From an uncultured Chloroflexia bacterium (GTDB lineage Bacteria; Chloroflexota; Anaerolineae; B4-G1; SLSP01), in assembly GCA_963751345.1 (NCBI GenBank), contig CAVVUS010000044.1, forward strand, positions 41,274 through 105,273: DNA of 64,000 bases. Reading direction: 5' to 3'. This document shows positions 52,812 through 64,000 of this stretch, in pieces. The notes beneath the pieces are model-generated. The model made no database searches. It saw only the letters and a program-made list of their open reading frames with translations, and was not told the origin of the DNA. The position numbers and the translations under genes were made by a program. The number at the start of each line of letters is the position of its first letter. The first letter of the stretch is position 1.

Positions 52812-54251
52812 ATGCCACCTAGATACGCAGCAGCAGTGAATTGCCCGTCCTGTGGAACGCGATTCCAGACGCCGGTAGAGCAGATTCTCGATGTTCGTGT
52901 GGATCCGTCGGCCAAGAATCGTGTGCTGAGCGGGACCGTCAATGTCGCTGTCTGTCCCTCGTGTGGCACGGGGGGAGCACTGAACCTGCCTTTCATCTAT
53001 CATGATCCCGACAAGGAAGTTGCCCTTCTGTACCTTCCCGTCGACGCGGGTCCAAACGAGGTCGAGCGCCAGAGGGCCGCGGGTCGACTCACGCGACAGC
53101 TGATGGACGCAATGCCGCCGGAAGAGCGCAAGGGTTACCTGCTGCAACCGGAGACCTTCATCTCACTTGAGAGCTTGGCCAAACGACTGCTCGAGATCGA
53201 AGGGATCTCCGAAGAGGAAATGGCGCGCAGCGGACGGCAGCGAGAGTTCCTGGGGGAGCTGCTACAGGCCGAGGAGAGTGATTGGCCCGCTATGGTCGCC
53301 GAGAATGCATCGCTGGTGGATGAGGGGATGTTTGCGTTCCTCGAATACGTGATGCAGCAATTTGCGTCTCCCGACAGGGAACCGGGTGCGGACACGGAGA
53401 AGTTGGATGCGCTTCACGAATACCTCGTGACGGAGACGGAGATGGGGCGACTGCTCTCCAGCCGGAGCGAGGTCGTGCGCCAGTTTGTCGAGGACCCTAC
53501 GCGCGATTCGCTGCTGAACGCACTCATCGCTTCCCCCGATGCAGAGACCGTGGATGTGTTGGTGCAGACCGGCATCTCTGTGATGGATTACGGATTCTTC
53601 CAGAAGCTCAACCAGCGCATCGAGGAGGCTGACTCCCCGGAGGCGAAGGCATCGCTCGTGCAGTTGCGCCGCTCTATCCTGGATATCCGGGATGAGATGA
53701 TGAAGCAGAGCGAGGACGCTCTCCGCGAGCGCGCGGCGCTGCTGGCAAAGCTGGTGGACTCTGAGGATCCCCGGCGCATGGCGAGCAGCCATCTGTCTGA
53801 GCTGGACGACTTGTTCTTCACCGTGCTTGGCGCCGAGATCCAGGAGTCACAGCAGCACGGTGAGGCAGGTGTTACCAAGAGGCTCCAGGAGGTCGCACAA
53901 GCGGTGAATCAGGTGATGGAAAGCACCATGCCACCTGAGATTGCCCTCACGCGAAGACTGATGGCCGCGCCTACGGATGAGCAGCTCGACGAGCAGTTGC
54001 GATCCGTGAAGGAACTACTGACGCCGGCCTTCCTGCAGTTCCTCGAGGCGCTGCGGGGCTCACTGGAGGAACAGGGCCAGAACGAGTCTGCGGAGCGTGT
54101 CGCGAAGATCAGGGCAAGGGCCGAACAGATCGCCCCTGCTGCAGCGGGCCAGGTACCTGCTGCCGGGGCGGTCACCGGGGAGCGCTCCCCTGCGCCCAGA
54201 CGCGATTCGGAGGAGCGGACCCCATCGGGACTGATCATCGCCAAACATTAG
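52812..54251 (+). CDS. CpXC-domain protein
   Basis: CPSC...CPSC, PFIYHDP, then a helical body. Confidence 0.8.
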   Translation: MPPRYAAAVNCPSCGTRFQTPVEQILDVRVDPSAKNRVLSGTVNVAVCPSCGTGGALNLPFIYHDPDKEVALLYLPVDAGPNEVERQRAAGRLTRQLMDAMPPEERKGYLLQPETFISLESLAKRLLEIEGISEEEMARSGRQREFLGELLQAEESDWPAMVAENASLVDEGMFAFLEYVMQQFASPDREPGADTEKLDALHEYLVTETEMGRLLSSRSEVVRQFVEDPTRDSLLNALIASPDAETVDVLVQTGISVMDYGFFQKLNQRIEEADSPEAKASLVQLRRSILDIRDEMMKQSEDALRERAALLAKLVDSEDPRRMASSHLSELDDLFFTVLGAEIQESQQHGEAGVTKRLQEVAQAVNQVMESTMPPEIALTRRLMAAPTDEQLDEQLRSVKELLTPAFLQFLEALRGSLEEQGQNESAERVAKIRARAEQIAPAAAGQVPAAGAVTGERSPAPRRDSEERTPSGLIIAKH

Positions 54252-54284
54252 GGCAACTGAGATGCCGCATTTCGATGCTAGAAT

Positions 54285-54312
54285 AGGGATGAGAGCCTGG
54301 GCTCTCATCCCT
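54285..54312 (+). terminator. Perfect 12-bp hairpin before polA (terminator or 5' hairpin)
   Basis: AGGGATGAGAGC-ctgg-GCTCTCATCCCT, directly after TGcTAGAAT. Confidence 0.55.
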
Positions 54313-54346
54313 TGTCGTTTCTGGTTAGCCCGGACTGGAGCTTCAT

Positions 54347-57107
54347 ATGTCTCGTGAGAAACTGATACTTGTCGATGGACACTCGCTTGCCTACCGGGCG
54401 TTCCACGCGCTTCCGCCGGACCTTCACGCCCCGTCCGGTGAGCTGACGAATGCCTCTTACGGTTTCACATTGATGCTGTTGTCGGTGTTGGAAGAGGAAA
54501 CGCCCGACTATATCATCGTGGCCTTCGACAAGGGTCCATCATTCCGCGTCCGTGAATACAATGCGTACAAGGCGCACCGTGCGAAGATGCCTGACGAGAT
54601 GCGCGGGCAGATGGACCGGATCCGCCAGATCGTCGATGTTTTTGGCATTCCCACGGTCGAGCTCGAGGACTACGAGGCCGATGACCTGTTGGGAACGCTG
54701 TCGCGCCTGGCGGAGGAGGAGGGGCTCGACGTTCTGATCGTGACGGGAGACCGCGACGCACTGCAACTGGTCGACGGTCACATCACCGTGCTCACATCGG
54801 GACGCCGCTTTTCCGACACACTGCGATATACCCCGGAGGCCGTGCGCGAGAAGTATGGGCTGGAGCCACAACAGTTGATCGACCTCAAGGCGCTGATTGG
54901 GGACCGATCCGACAACATCCCGGGTGTCAAGGGCGTCGGGGAAAAGGGTGCTACGCAGATGCTGCAGGAGTACGGCTCGCTCGAGGGGGTCTATGCTCAT
55001 CTCGGTGACCTCACCTCACGTTACCAGAACGCGCTCGAGGCAGGTCGCGATGACGCCTATCTCAGCCTGAAACTTGGAACCATCGTCCGTGACGCGCCCG
55101 TTGCCCTCGATCTTGTGGCTGCCAGGGCCGGACAGGGGTTTGATCGTGCGCAGGTCCTGGATCTGTTGCAGCAGTTGGGTTTCCGGACGCTCGTGGACCG
55201 AGTCCCCGTGGCCGGGAGAGGCCGAGCATGACATAGGTGGAGCGCAATTGCTGCTCTTCGGCGAGGACGCTGTGGCGGTCGCGTCCGAGGAGGAGCTCGG
55301 TTCTTACCGGGCCATCACCACGACCGGGGACCTGGCGGATCTCTGTCGTAGGCTAACAGCATCGCACGTGATCGCGGTGGATACTGAGACTACGAGCGTC
55401 GACGCCGTCGCGGCGGATCTGGTCGGCATTTCGGTCACCGACCAGGGCGGCGCCGGGTGGTACCTCCCGGTCAGGGCACCCTCTGGCGATCAGGTGCTTG
55501 GTCTTCCGGATATCGTGAAGTTCCTTGGTCCCGTACTTGCCAGTGCCGACATCGAGAAGCGGGGCCATAACCTCAAGTACGATATGAAGGTCCTGACACT
55601 GGCCGGGCTGCCCGTCGAGGGACCGCTGTTTGACACGATGGTGGCCGAGTGGGTCCTGAACCCCGACTCAGCCCTGGGTCTCAAGAGCCAGGCGTGGACG
55701 CGGCTGGGCGTCCAGATGACCGAGATTACCGAGCTGATCGGCCAGGGCAAGAGCCAGATCACGATGGCCCAGGTGCCTGTTGAGCGTGCGATGCCCTACG
55801 CCAGCGCCGACGCTGACATCACCTTCCGCCTCGGGGAAATCCTGACCGGCGAGCTGCAGCAACGGGAGCAGTCGAAGCTCTTCCACGATCTGGAGATGCC
55901 GCTGCTGCCCGTCCTGGCGGAGATGGAGCTCACCGGGATTGCCCTCGACGTCGACTGGCTGCACCAACTCTCGCGTGAACTCACATCGAGGCTTGAGGCG
56001 TTGCAGGAGAGCATCTTCCGACATGCGGGAGGAGAGTTCAACGTGAACTCGACCCAGCAACTCTCCGAGGTGCTTTTCGATCGGCTAGGGTTGCCGACAC
56101 GCGGGGCCCGCAAGATGAAGTCCGGTTACTATTCGACTCGTGCGGCCGTGCTCGAGAGCCTGCAGGGCGAGCACCCCATCCTCGATGATATCCTGGAGTA
56201 TCGTGAGCTGACAAAACTCCAGTCTACCTATGTGGATGCGCTCCCGACAATGGTGAATCCCAGGACCGGGCGCGTTCACACATCGTACAACCCAACGGGT
56301 GCGGTGACCGGCCGCATCTCGTCGAACAACCCGAACCTGCAGAACATCCCGATCCGGACCGAGGAAGGGCGCAGGGTCCGCCGCGCCTTTGTCGCGATGG
56401 ATGGGTGGCGACTACTCGGGGCCGACTATTCCCAGGTCGAACTGCGGGTGATGGCACACGTCTCCGGCGATCAGGGGATGATCGATGCCTTCAAGCGCGG
56501 AGAAGACATCCATGCCACGACGGCGGCGGCAGTCTACGGGGTTCCGCTGGATGGGGTGACCTATGAAATGCGAAGCATCGCCAAAGCGGTGAACTTTGGT
56601 CTGATCTACGGGCAGAGCGCCTTTGGGCTGGCGCGCCAACTGGGCATGTCGGTCGACAGTGCACAGGCGTTTATCGACCGCTATTTCGAGCGCTTCCCCG
56701 GTGTGCACACCTATATGGACCAGATACAGGCCGATGCAGCGCGCAAAGGGTATGTCGAGACTCTGCTCAACCGCAGGCGATTTTTCCCCGAACTGACGAC
56801 CGGCAGCCACGCCAGCGTGCGGGACCGTCAGGCCAGTGTACGTATGGCGATCAACACCCCGATCCAGGGCAGCGCTGCGGACATCATCAAGCTGGCGATG
56901 ATCAGGATGCACCGTGCGCTCGCAGAGACCGGGTTGCGGTCCCGTATGCTGCTGCAGGTTCACGACGAGGTCGTGCTGGAAGTGCCGGAGGAGGAGATCG
57001 AGGTGGCGACGGAGCTCGTCCGACGGACGATGGAGGACGCGATCGAGCTGGTCGTGCCGCTCAAGGTCGATGTCGAGACGGGGCCGAACTGGCTGGACAT
57101 GAAGTGA
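54347..57107 (+). CDS. polA: DNA polymerase I (frameshift near 55215)
   Basis: DGHSLAYRAFHA, EADD, DTET, HNLKYD, NPNLQNIP, ADYSQVELR, KAVNFGLIYG, QVHDE. Confidence 0.97.
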
Positions 57108-57110
57108 TGG

Positions 57111-58082
57111 CTAGTTGCTGCTTGTGAGTCCCTCGATCCACGTCTCCAGCGTTCTCCCGATCGCCTCCAGGCTCGCGGCAGAGACCTTGTCCGGCGTATC
57201 CTGCGTGGTGTGCCAGTAGGGGTAGTCGAAGTCGATCATGTCAACGGCGGGGATGCCCTGCCTCGCGAACGGGATGTGGTCGTCCAGCATTGTGTATCTC
57301 ATCTGGGGAATGATGCGGTCCTGGTATCCGAGAGTCGCGGCGACCTCCCAGATCGCCGCACGGACCTGTGGATCGGAGTTGCCCTCGTAGTAGACCTGGA
57401 GGTCGCGATCCCCGATCATGTCCACGAGGACCATTGCGCCGAGCGGCGTCTCGCCCATCTCGCCCCAGTGCGCAGCCATATAGCTCGAACCCACGATCCA
57501 GTCCCAGCCATCCAGTTCTCCGCTGTCCTCGGCATCAAAGAAGGCGAGATAGACGCGCTGCCCGGAGCCCGCGACGTCCAACACCCGGGCCAGCTCGAGC
57601 AGCACCGCCACGCCACTGGCTCCATCGTTCGCGCCCATCACGGGCACCGAGGGGTCCTCCTGGTCTGCGGCCCTCCGCGTGTCGTAGTGCGCACCCAGCA
57701 GGATCGCCGGCCCATCGCCGCGCCAGGCCAGGATGTTCCGTACCGAGACGCCCATATAGGGGAACCTCTGTTCCTGGACTTGCCACCCCAGCGCTTTGAG
57801 CTGGCCGATGATCATGTTGCCGGCCTGCGTAAGGGGTTCGCTGCCCGGTATCCGGTAGCCGAGGTCACACTGCTTGACGACCCACCCGTAGGCGTCCTGG
57901 CCGTCGAATGTGGCCACGGTGGGGTCCACAGGAGTGGCGGTCGGTGCCTGTACCGGCGGGACCGTGGTTGCGAGGGGAGACACAAACGGCTTCGTGCAAG
58001 CGCTCAGCAGGCCGCTCATGACAAACAGACAGATGAGCCGCACAGCGTACCGGAGCAGCCTCGGCACGCCGCCCTGGGACAT
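57111..58082 (-). CDS. M28 family peptidase / glutaminyl-cyclase-like lipoprotein
   Basis: Lipobox LSAC; GAHYD, GANDGASG, DAED, DMIG, DDHIPF, WHT. Confidence 0.88.
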   Translation of the reverse strand: MSQGGVPRLLRYAVRLICLFVMSGLLSACTKPFVSPLATTVPPVQAPTATPVDPTVATFDGQDAYGWVVKQCDLGYRIPGSEPLTQAGNMIIGQLKALGWQVQEQRFPYMGVSVRNILAWRGDGPAILLGAHYDTRRAADQEDPSVPVMGANDGASGVAVLLELARVLDVAGSGQRVYLAFFDAEDSGELDGWDWIVGSSYMAAHWGEMGETPLGAMVLVDMIGDRDLQVYYEGNSDPQVRAAIWEVAATLGYQDRIIPQMRYTMLDDHIPFARQGIPAVDMIDFDYPYWHTTQDTPDKVSAASLEAIGRTLETWIEGLTSSN

Positions 58083-58123
58083 CTGAAGTCAGCCTGCCAT
58101 ATCGAACCATCGCCGTTTGCTCC

Positions 58124-59053
58124 CTAGCGCAATCCACTCCGGACGACGGCCCAGTAAGCGGACACGCGGGCTACACGAAGGTCACGCCGATGACCGACCA
58201 TCCATTTCAGGGCCTCGACCGCCATCTGCCACAGGTATTGCCAGAGAAGCCAGAGACGCAGGACCTCGGCGACGAAGCTACCATGGTACTTGCGGGCGTA
58301 TCGTACTTTGCTGCTCTGAAAGTAGATGTGACGCGCAGGTGCGACCTGCTCGCTGCTCTTTCCGCCGTAGTGCACGATCTCTGCCTGAGGCGCGAATGTG
58401 ACGCGCCATCCCGCGTTGCGGATCCTCCTGCACCAATCCAGTTCCTCGGAATACATGAAGAACCCCTCATCCATAGCACCGACCTGATCGATCGCCTGTC
58501 GCCGCGCCATCATAGCGGCACCCGTCACCCAGTCCACATCCTGTGGCATGGTGGCGGGTATGTCCTCGTAGGTGTAGCGCGCCAGGGCGCGTCGACCGGC
58601 GAGGGGCTGCAGCCAGGTGCTCTCCAAGAAGAGGATTCGAAGCGTTGGAAAGCGGCGGCGCGAGGACTGGATCGAGCCGTCGGCATTGAGCAACTTTGGC
58701 CCCGCCAGCCCGGTCTCGGGATGCATCACCATATGGGCGATCATGCGCGTTAGCGCCCCGGTGCGGACCTCGGTGTCGGAGTTGAGCAGCAGGACATAGT
58801 CGCCGGACGCGAGGGCCAGCCCCTGGTTGTTGGCGGCCGGGAAGCCCAGGTTCTGTTGGTTGGCGATGACGCGAACTTGAGGAAATCTCTCACTGACCAT
58901 GCGGGCCGAACCATCGCCGGATGCGTTGTCGACGACAATCACTTCAAGCTCGACGTCCTCGTCGACCGATGCAAAGACCGAGTCAAGCGCCCGCGCCAGC
59001 AGCTCCCGCACATTCCAGCTGACGATGATCACCGACAGGGTGGGGCGGTCCAT
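58124..59053 (-). CDS. Glycosyltransferase family 2 (WbbL-like)
   Basis: SVIIVSWN, VVDNASGD, LLNSD, FFMYSEELDWC; start ATG 59053. Confidence 0.92.
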   Translation of the reverse strand: MDRPTLSVIIVSWNVRELLARALDSVFASVDEDVELEVIVVDNASGDGSARMVSERFPQVRVIANQQNLGFPAANNQGLALASGDYVLLLNSDTEVRTGALTRMIAHMVMHPETGLAGPKLLNADGSIQSSRRRFPTLRILFLESTWLQPLAGRRALARYTYEDIPATMPQDVDWVTGAAMMARRQAIDQVGAMDEGFFMYSEELDWCRRIRNAGWRVTFAPQAEIVHYGGKSSEQVAPARHIYFQSSKVRYARKYHGSFVAEVLRLWLLWQYLWQMAVEALKWMVGHRRDLRVARVSAYWAVVRSGLR

Positions 59054-59060
59054 CGCAGAT

Positions 59061-60032
59061 CTAGTACGCTCGTCGCACCGAGAAGTGCACGATTTCCTCG
59101 GCCGCACGCCTGTAGACTGTATCGGGGTACTCCTGAATGATCGCGAGCGCTTCGTCTGCCCGGCTCTGGGCCATAGCCAGCGCCTGGTCGGCCGCGTTGG
59201 ATGCGAGCAGATCGGTGATGAAGCTGCTGATGGTTCGCTCGTCGGCGTCTCCGTGGGCAATCTGGTGTACCCGCTTGTCTTCGGGGACGGCCTCAGCGTA
59301 CAAAAGGACAGGCAAGGTGACGAGCCCCTGCCGGAGGTCGGAGCCGACCGGCTTTCCGAGCCGTTGAGTGTCTCCAAGCAGGTCGAGCACATCGTCGGTG
59401 ATCTGGTATGCCTCGCCCAGCAATCGTCCGAACCTTCTGGACTGCGTGATCGTGTCCATAGAGGATCCGGCTAGGATTGGGCCCGACTCGGCACAGAGCG
59501 TGATCAGCGAGGCCGTCTTCGCGTAGATCCGCTCGTAGTAGGCATCAATCTCTGGAACGCTGCCGTTTCTGCCGATCATCTGGTCCAACTCGCCGCGGCA
59601 GATGGTCTCCAGGGCGACGGCGAACCGTTCGATGAGAAAGGGGTTCTCGGTCTGGGCAATCAGCTTGGCTGCCAGCGCAAAGACGATATCACCTGCGAGG
59701 ACCGTGGCCGTCGAAGACCATTGCACGTTCAGGGTCTCGACGCCGCGCCTGATGAACGAATTGTCGATCAGGTCGTCGTGTATCAGCGTCGCGGTGTGTA
59801 GCATCTCCACCGCCGCCGCCGCAAGAAGCGCTTTTCCGGGATCCGCGTCGCAGAGGTAGGCTGACAACAGCACCAACGCGGGACGCAGCCGTTTGCCCCC
59901 GCCCATGATCAACGTGGCTACCGGCAGCCGCACCGGCTGGGGAATGCTCTGACACGTCGACAGCATCAGTGAACGCGCTGCCTTCAGATCGTCTCGCAGC
60001 AACGTCCGGTACTGCAACTCCATTGTATCCAT
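59061..60032 (-). CDS. Long-chain polyprenyl diphosphate synthase
   Basis: GGKRLRP, ATLIHDDLID, AKTA, QITDDVLD, GKPVGSDL. Confidence 0.93.
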   Translation of the reverse strand: MDTMELQYRTLLRDDLKAARSLMLSTCQSIPQPVRLPVATLIMGGGKRLRPALVLLSAYLCDADPGKALLAAAAVEMLHTATLIHDDLIDNSFIRRGVETLNVQWSSTATVLAGDIVFALAAKLIAQTENPFLIERFAVALETICRGELDQMIGRNGSVPEIDAYYERIYAKTASLITLCAESGPILAGSSMDTITQSRRFGRLLGEAYQITDDVLDLLGDTQRLGKPVGSDLRQGLVTLPVLLYAEAVPEDKRVHQIAHGDADERTISSFITDLLASNAADQALAMAQSRADEALAIIQEYPDTVYRRAAEEIVHFSVRRAY

Positions 60033-60141
60033 TCCGGTAGTTCTGTCCCCCGGTGTGATTATACCACAGAGGCGTGCTGTTCCCCGCGGCTGGGCCTGAC
60101 CTTACGCGAGTTGCCGCCCCTGCGCGGTGTTCTCGGCGCCG

Positions 60142-60948
60142 CTACAGACCGAAGAGCGCCTTGGCGTTGTCTGTGGTTGCTGCCCTGATCTCCTCTACCG
60201 TGACGTCTCTGATCTCGGCGATCCGCTCTGCGATATGTGTAAGATAGGCTGGCTCGTTGCGTTTTCCACGGTGAGGCACAGGTGTCAGGTAGGGGCCATC
60301 GGTCTCCAGAAGCATCCGTCGAAGAGGGACCCGGCGGGCGACGTCACGCAGATCGACGGCTTTCTTGAAGGTAACCGGGCCGTCCAGACCAATATGAAGC
60401 CCGAGGGCCATCGCCTGATCCAGGAACTCCGGTCCTGCGGCATAGGCGTGCAGCGTTCCCCTGGCCCGTGGATCCTCTGCCTTCCACGCCGTCAGCAGGT
60501 CGAGGGTATCACGATGGGCATCGCGGTCGTGGACGATGACAGGGAGGTCCAGCTCTGAGGCCAAGGTAAGCTGTTGTTGGAACGCTCGTCGCTGGGTCTC
60601 GGGGTCGGCGCAGACCCACCCGCGATCGCTGATCCCCGGCCAGTAGTAGTCCAGGCCGATTTCCCCAATGGCGACGACATAGGTTGCCGCCGCCAACGCC
60701 CGCAGTGCCGGCAGGGACTCTGGGGTCAAGGACGTCGGCCTCCGTGGGATGGATCCCCACGGCAGCGTAGAGCGTAAGTGGCCGACGGAGCGCGTGCTCG
60801 CTGCGAGCGCCACCGCCGCAGCGCTATCGTCCAGATTCGTACCGGGTACGATCGCTGCCGTCACGCCGGCAGCAGCAGCCCGGTTCAGGACTGCCGGCAG
60901 GTCATCGGCATATCTCGGATGCTGAAGATGAACGTGTGTGTCAATCAT
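60142..60948 (-). CDS. tatD: TatD family hydrolase (two compensating frameshifts around 60730-60790)
   Basis: DTHVH, AIGEIGLDY, VHDRDA, LETDGPY, RNEP; the AVGIHP motif lies in another frame. Confidence 0.92.
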   Translation of the reverse strand: MIDTHVHLQHPRYADDLPAVLNRAAAAGVTAAIVPGTNLDDSAAAVALAASTRSVGHLRSTLPWGSIPRRPTSLTPESLPALRALAAATYVVAIGEIGLDYYWPGISDRGWVCADPETQRRAFQQQLTLASELDLPVIVHDRDAHRDTLDLLTAWKAEDPRARGTLHAYAAGPEFLDQAMALGLHIGLDGPVTFKKAVDLRDVARRVPLRRMLLETDGPYLTPVPHRGKRNEPAYLTHIAERIAEIRDVTVEEIRAATTDNAKALFGL

Positions 60949-61256
60949 GCCTAGATATATGCTACCTGAGAGTCAGCAGGCCTGATTATACTCGTGTCTG
61001 CGAAATCGCAGCCGTTGCACGTCCCCGTGCGCTAATCCGTTGCATATGCGGTGCTTATGCGTTTCTAATGCTCGTGTGTTATAATCGCGGAAATCAGAAA
61101 GGCATACCGGGACGGAATCGGCTAGACTGCGACCTCATCCATTCGGGTGCGAGCTGAGGGAGTGAGAGAACGATGGGACGTCTCGTTCAGATGAAGTGAA
61201 GAATAGATCGCATCGAGCATCGGCGACTATCCGTCGATTCCGTAGGGAGGAAAGAC

Positions 61257-63766
61257 ATGTTACCGTGGTTTAATATGCAGGACCAGAACATCGATGAACT
61301 GGTAAAGAGAATACCGGAAGAGTTACCGATTCTGCCGCTTCGGAATACGGTCGCCTTTCCCTATATTGTCATGCCGCTGGCCGTGGGGATCCCACGTTCG
61401 GTGAGGCTGATCGAAGAGGCGGATAAGGCCGGCCGCATGGTCGGACTGGTGGCGATGACGGATCCATCTGTTGAGGTCCCTAATCCGTCACAGGTGCACG
61501 GTGTCGGCACGGCAGCCATCATCCATCGCGTCATGCATGCCGATGATGGCACGTTGACGGTCTTCATCCAAGGGCTGGAACGATTCCGAATCGTCGACTG
61601 GACGGCCGAGGAACCCTACCTGCGCGCCCGCATCGAGATCGTCCCGGATGTGATCGAGAACTCAATCGTCGAAGAGGCATTGAGGCGTAACCTGCTGGAC
61701 ATCGCGACGCGGCTTGCGGAGCTCATCCCGCAGTTCCCGGATGAGGCGGTGCGCTTCATCCAGCAGTTGACCGACTCTCGTCTCCTGGTCTATCTCATCG
61801 CCTCGAACATGCGTGTTGAGATGGAGGAGGCGCAGGAGCTTCTGGAGATCGATCACCTGGCTGAGAAGATGCAGTTCCTGATTCGCTCGCTGACCCGTGA
61901 ACTGGAGGTTCGCGAGGTCGGACAGCAGATCCAGGAGAAGGCCAAGGAAGAGATCGAGAAGAACCAGCGTGAGTACTATCTGCGTCAGCAGATGGATGCC
62001 ATTCGCAAGGAGCTGGGCGAGGGCGACGACAGCAAGGAGGAAGTTGCCGACTACCGGAAGAAGATCGAAGAGGCCGGTATGAGCGAGGAGGCCGAGGAGG
62101 AGGCTCTTCGTGAGCTCGCGAGGCTGGAGAAGATGCCGCCGCAGGCTGCGGAGTACTGGGTGATCAAGACCTACCTCGATTGGCTAACTTCGCTGCCGTG
62201 GCAGGTGACCACCGACGACAAGCTTGAGATTCCCTACGCTCGCCAGGTTCTCGACGAGGATCACTACGACCTTGAGGACGTCAAAGAGCGCATTCTTGAG
62301 TTCCTAGCCGTCCGGAAACTGCGCCAGGAGCGGGGGCTAGACCAAGAGGTCGCTTCCGATCTCCAGGGGCGCAAGGTTGAGGGCATGGGCGCGATTCTGG
62401 CACTCATCGGGCCGCCCGGCGTCGGCAAGACGTCGCTGGGCCAGTCGATCGCGCGGGCGTTGGGGCGTGAGTTCACGCGCATGAGCCTGGGCGGCATGCA
62501 CGATGAGGCCGAGATCAGGGGGCACCGCCGAACGTATATCGGCGCGATGCCAGGACGCATCATGCAGGCGGTCAAGCGCGTGGGCGTCAAGAACCCGGTC
62601 TTCATGCTGGACGAGGTGGACAAGGTCGGATCGGACTGGCGCGGCGACCCGTCGTCGGCGTTGCTGGAGGTCCTGGATCCGCAGCAGAACCACGCATTCC
62701 GCGACCACTACCTGGATGTGGACTTCGACTTGAGCAAGGTGCTGTTCATCTGCACGGCCAACACGACGGCGACGATTCCGGCGCCGCTGCTGGACAGGAT
62801 GGAGGTCATCCAGGTCGACGGTTATACCGAGTATGACAAGGTACACATCGCGAAGCGATATCTCGTCCCGCGGCAGCTCAAGGTGAATGGCCTGCGGGAA
62901 GACGAAATCGCGTTCACGGATGATGCCCTGAGGACGATGATCCGGGACTTCACTCGCGAGGCCGGCGTACGGCAGTTGGAGCGCACGATCGGCAAAGCGT
63001 GCCGCAAGGCGGCAACCCTGATCGCCGAAGGCTTGGGTGATTCAGGCGAGGAGCAGCAGCTCGATCACTGTGGACAGCGAAAAGGCGCGCGAATACCTGG
63101 GCAAGCCGAGATATCACTTCGAGGCTGCGCTACGGACCGAGAAGCCCGGCGTCGCCACGGGCCTCGCGTGGACGCCCACCGGTGGTGAGGTGCTCTTTGT
63201 GGAGGCGGCGACGATGCCCGGGTCGGATGAGCAGTTCATCCTGACGGGCCAGTTGGGTGAGGTGATGCGTGAGTCAGCACGGATCGCGCTGAGCTACGTC
63301 GAGTCACACCTGGAGGAGCTTGGCCTGTCGAAGAACAAGGGCTGGGGCAAGGTCCATCTCCACGTTCCGGCCGGTGCCGTGCCTAAGGATGGCCCCTCTG
63401 CCGGCATCACGATGGTCACTGCACTAGTGTCGCTGCTGTCAGGACGGCCTGTGGATGCCACGACCGGGATGACGGGCGAGGTGACGCTGCAGGGCCAGGT
63501 CCTGCCAATCGGCGGGCTGAAGCTCAAGGCGCTGGCTGCTCATCGGGCCGGCCTCAAAGCGGGTGATCGTGCCAAAGCTGAACGAGATCGACCTCGACGA
63601 CATCCCCGAGAGGGTGCGAGAGGAGATGGAGTTCATCCCGGTAGAGGATGTCTCCGAGGTGCTGGCGCACGCGTTGATGCCCAAGCCGGTTGACAAGGCT
63701 GAGAGCGTCGCTGAGCCCGAACCTGAGCCAGACGAGGTAAGCGAGCCCGAGCCGGTAGTGGCATAG
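61257..63766 (+). CDS. lon: Lon protease (frameshifts near 63060 and 63560)
   Basis: [51 protein letters not shown]. Confidence 0.96.
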
Positions 63767-63855
63767 GTTGCGCAACGTTCAGACGCCATCGCGTACATTG
63801 CGATGGCGTCTTTTTGTGCCTGGCAGTCGACCGGCAGGAGCAGAGCGGGCGAGAG

Positions 63856-63927
63856 CCTTCGGCTTCGCGAAGGCCAAGCCCTTCGGCTCTGCGAAGGCCA
63901 AGCCCTTCGGCTCCGCGAAGGCCAAGC
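63856..63927. repeat. 3 x 24-bp palindromic tandem repeat
   Basis: CCTTCGGCTYYGCGAAGGCCAAGC at 63856, 63880 and 63904, with no spacers. Confidence 0.92.
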
Positions 63928-64000
63928 CGCCCGCGGTCCCAGAGCTGCGGGTGCTAGGAGATGCCGCCTCGCGCCTGCCAGGCCCTGGGCTATAATGACA

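Noticed and set aside
3545-63766. About 20 frame breaks read as mass pseudogenisation or programmed frameshifting
   Set aside because: They hit essential genes (polA, gltX), both halves stay intact, and there are no shared slippery motifs. Best explained by long-read indel errors; needs polishing to confirm.
63856-63927. CRISPR array
   Set aside because: No spacers and no cas genes
373-63995. Numerous long antisense or alternate-frame ORFs in the track (e.g. 6318-7298, 12276-13292, 36041-37081, 39064-40083)
   Set aside because: Shadow ORFs expected at high GC; they overlap well-supported genes and lack motifs

Overview
High-GC bacterial chromosome segment that looks like Chloroflexota, probably Anaerolineae-like. 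This is inferred from the C-terminal YLPxV-type tails, the C39-TPR and CpXC proteins, and the cyclase-AAA-TPR protein. It carries mostly housekeeping and envelope genes: fhs, an OmpR-family two-component system with htrA, mscL, LysM-M23, murJ, gltX, xylB, PPi-PFK, a U32 protein, an EF-G paralog, ArsR+MFS, degV, pdp, secG, ppdK, nagBA, polA, tatD and lon. About 20 reading-frame breaks fall even in normally essential genes (polA, gltX), which points to uncorrected long-read indels rather than gene decay. No rRNA, tRNA, CRISPR array or transposase was recognised. The most interesting signals are non-coding or tiny. (1) A leaderless Gln-rich leader peptide (QQREQQ) with terminator and antiterminator sits in front of gltX, a candidate Gln/Glu-tRNA-sensing attenuator. 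(2) Two more uORF+terminator leaders precede the EF-G paralog and a GNAT gene. (3) A tandem pair of paralogous sRNA-like units each has a promoter, an anti-Shine-Dalgarno core and a covarying hairpin. (4) A non-canonical class III cyclase is coupled to a stand-alone cNMP-binding protein. (5) A three-gene antiporter-like membrane module lacks the canonical charged residues and has no redox partner nearby. All coordinates and alignments were read by eye.
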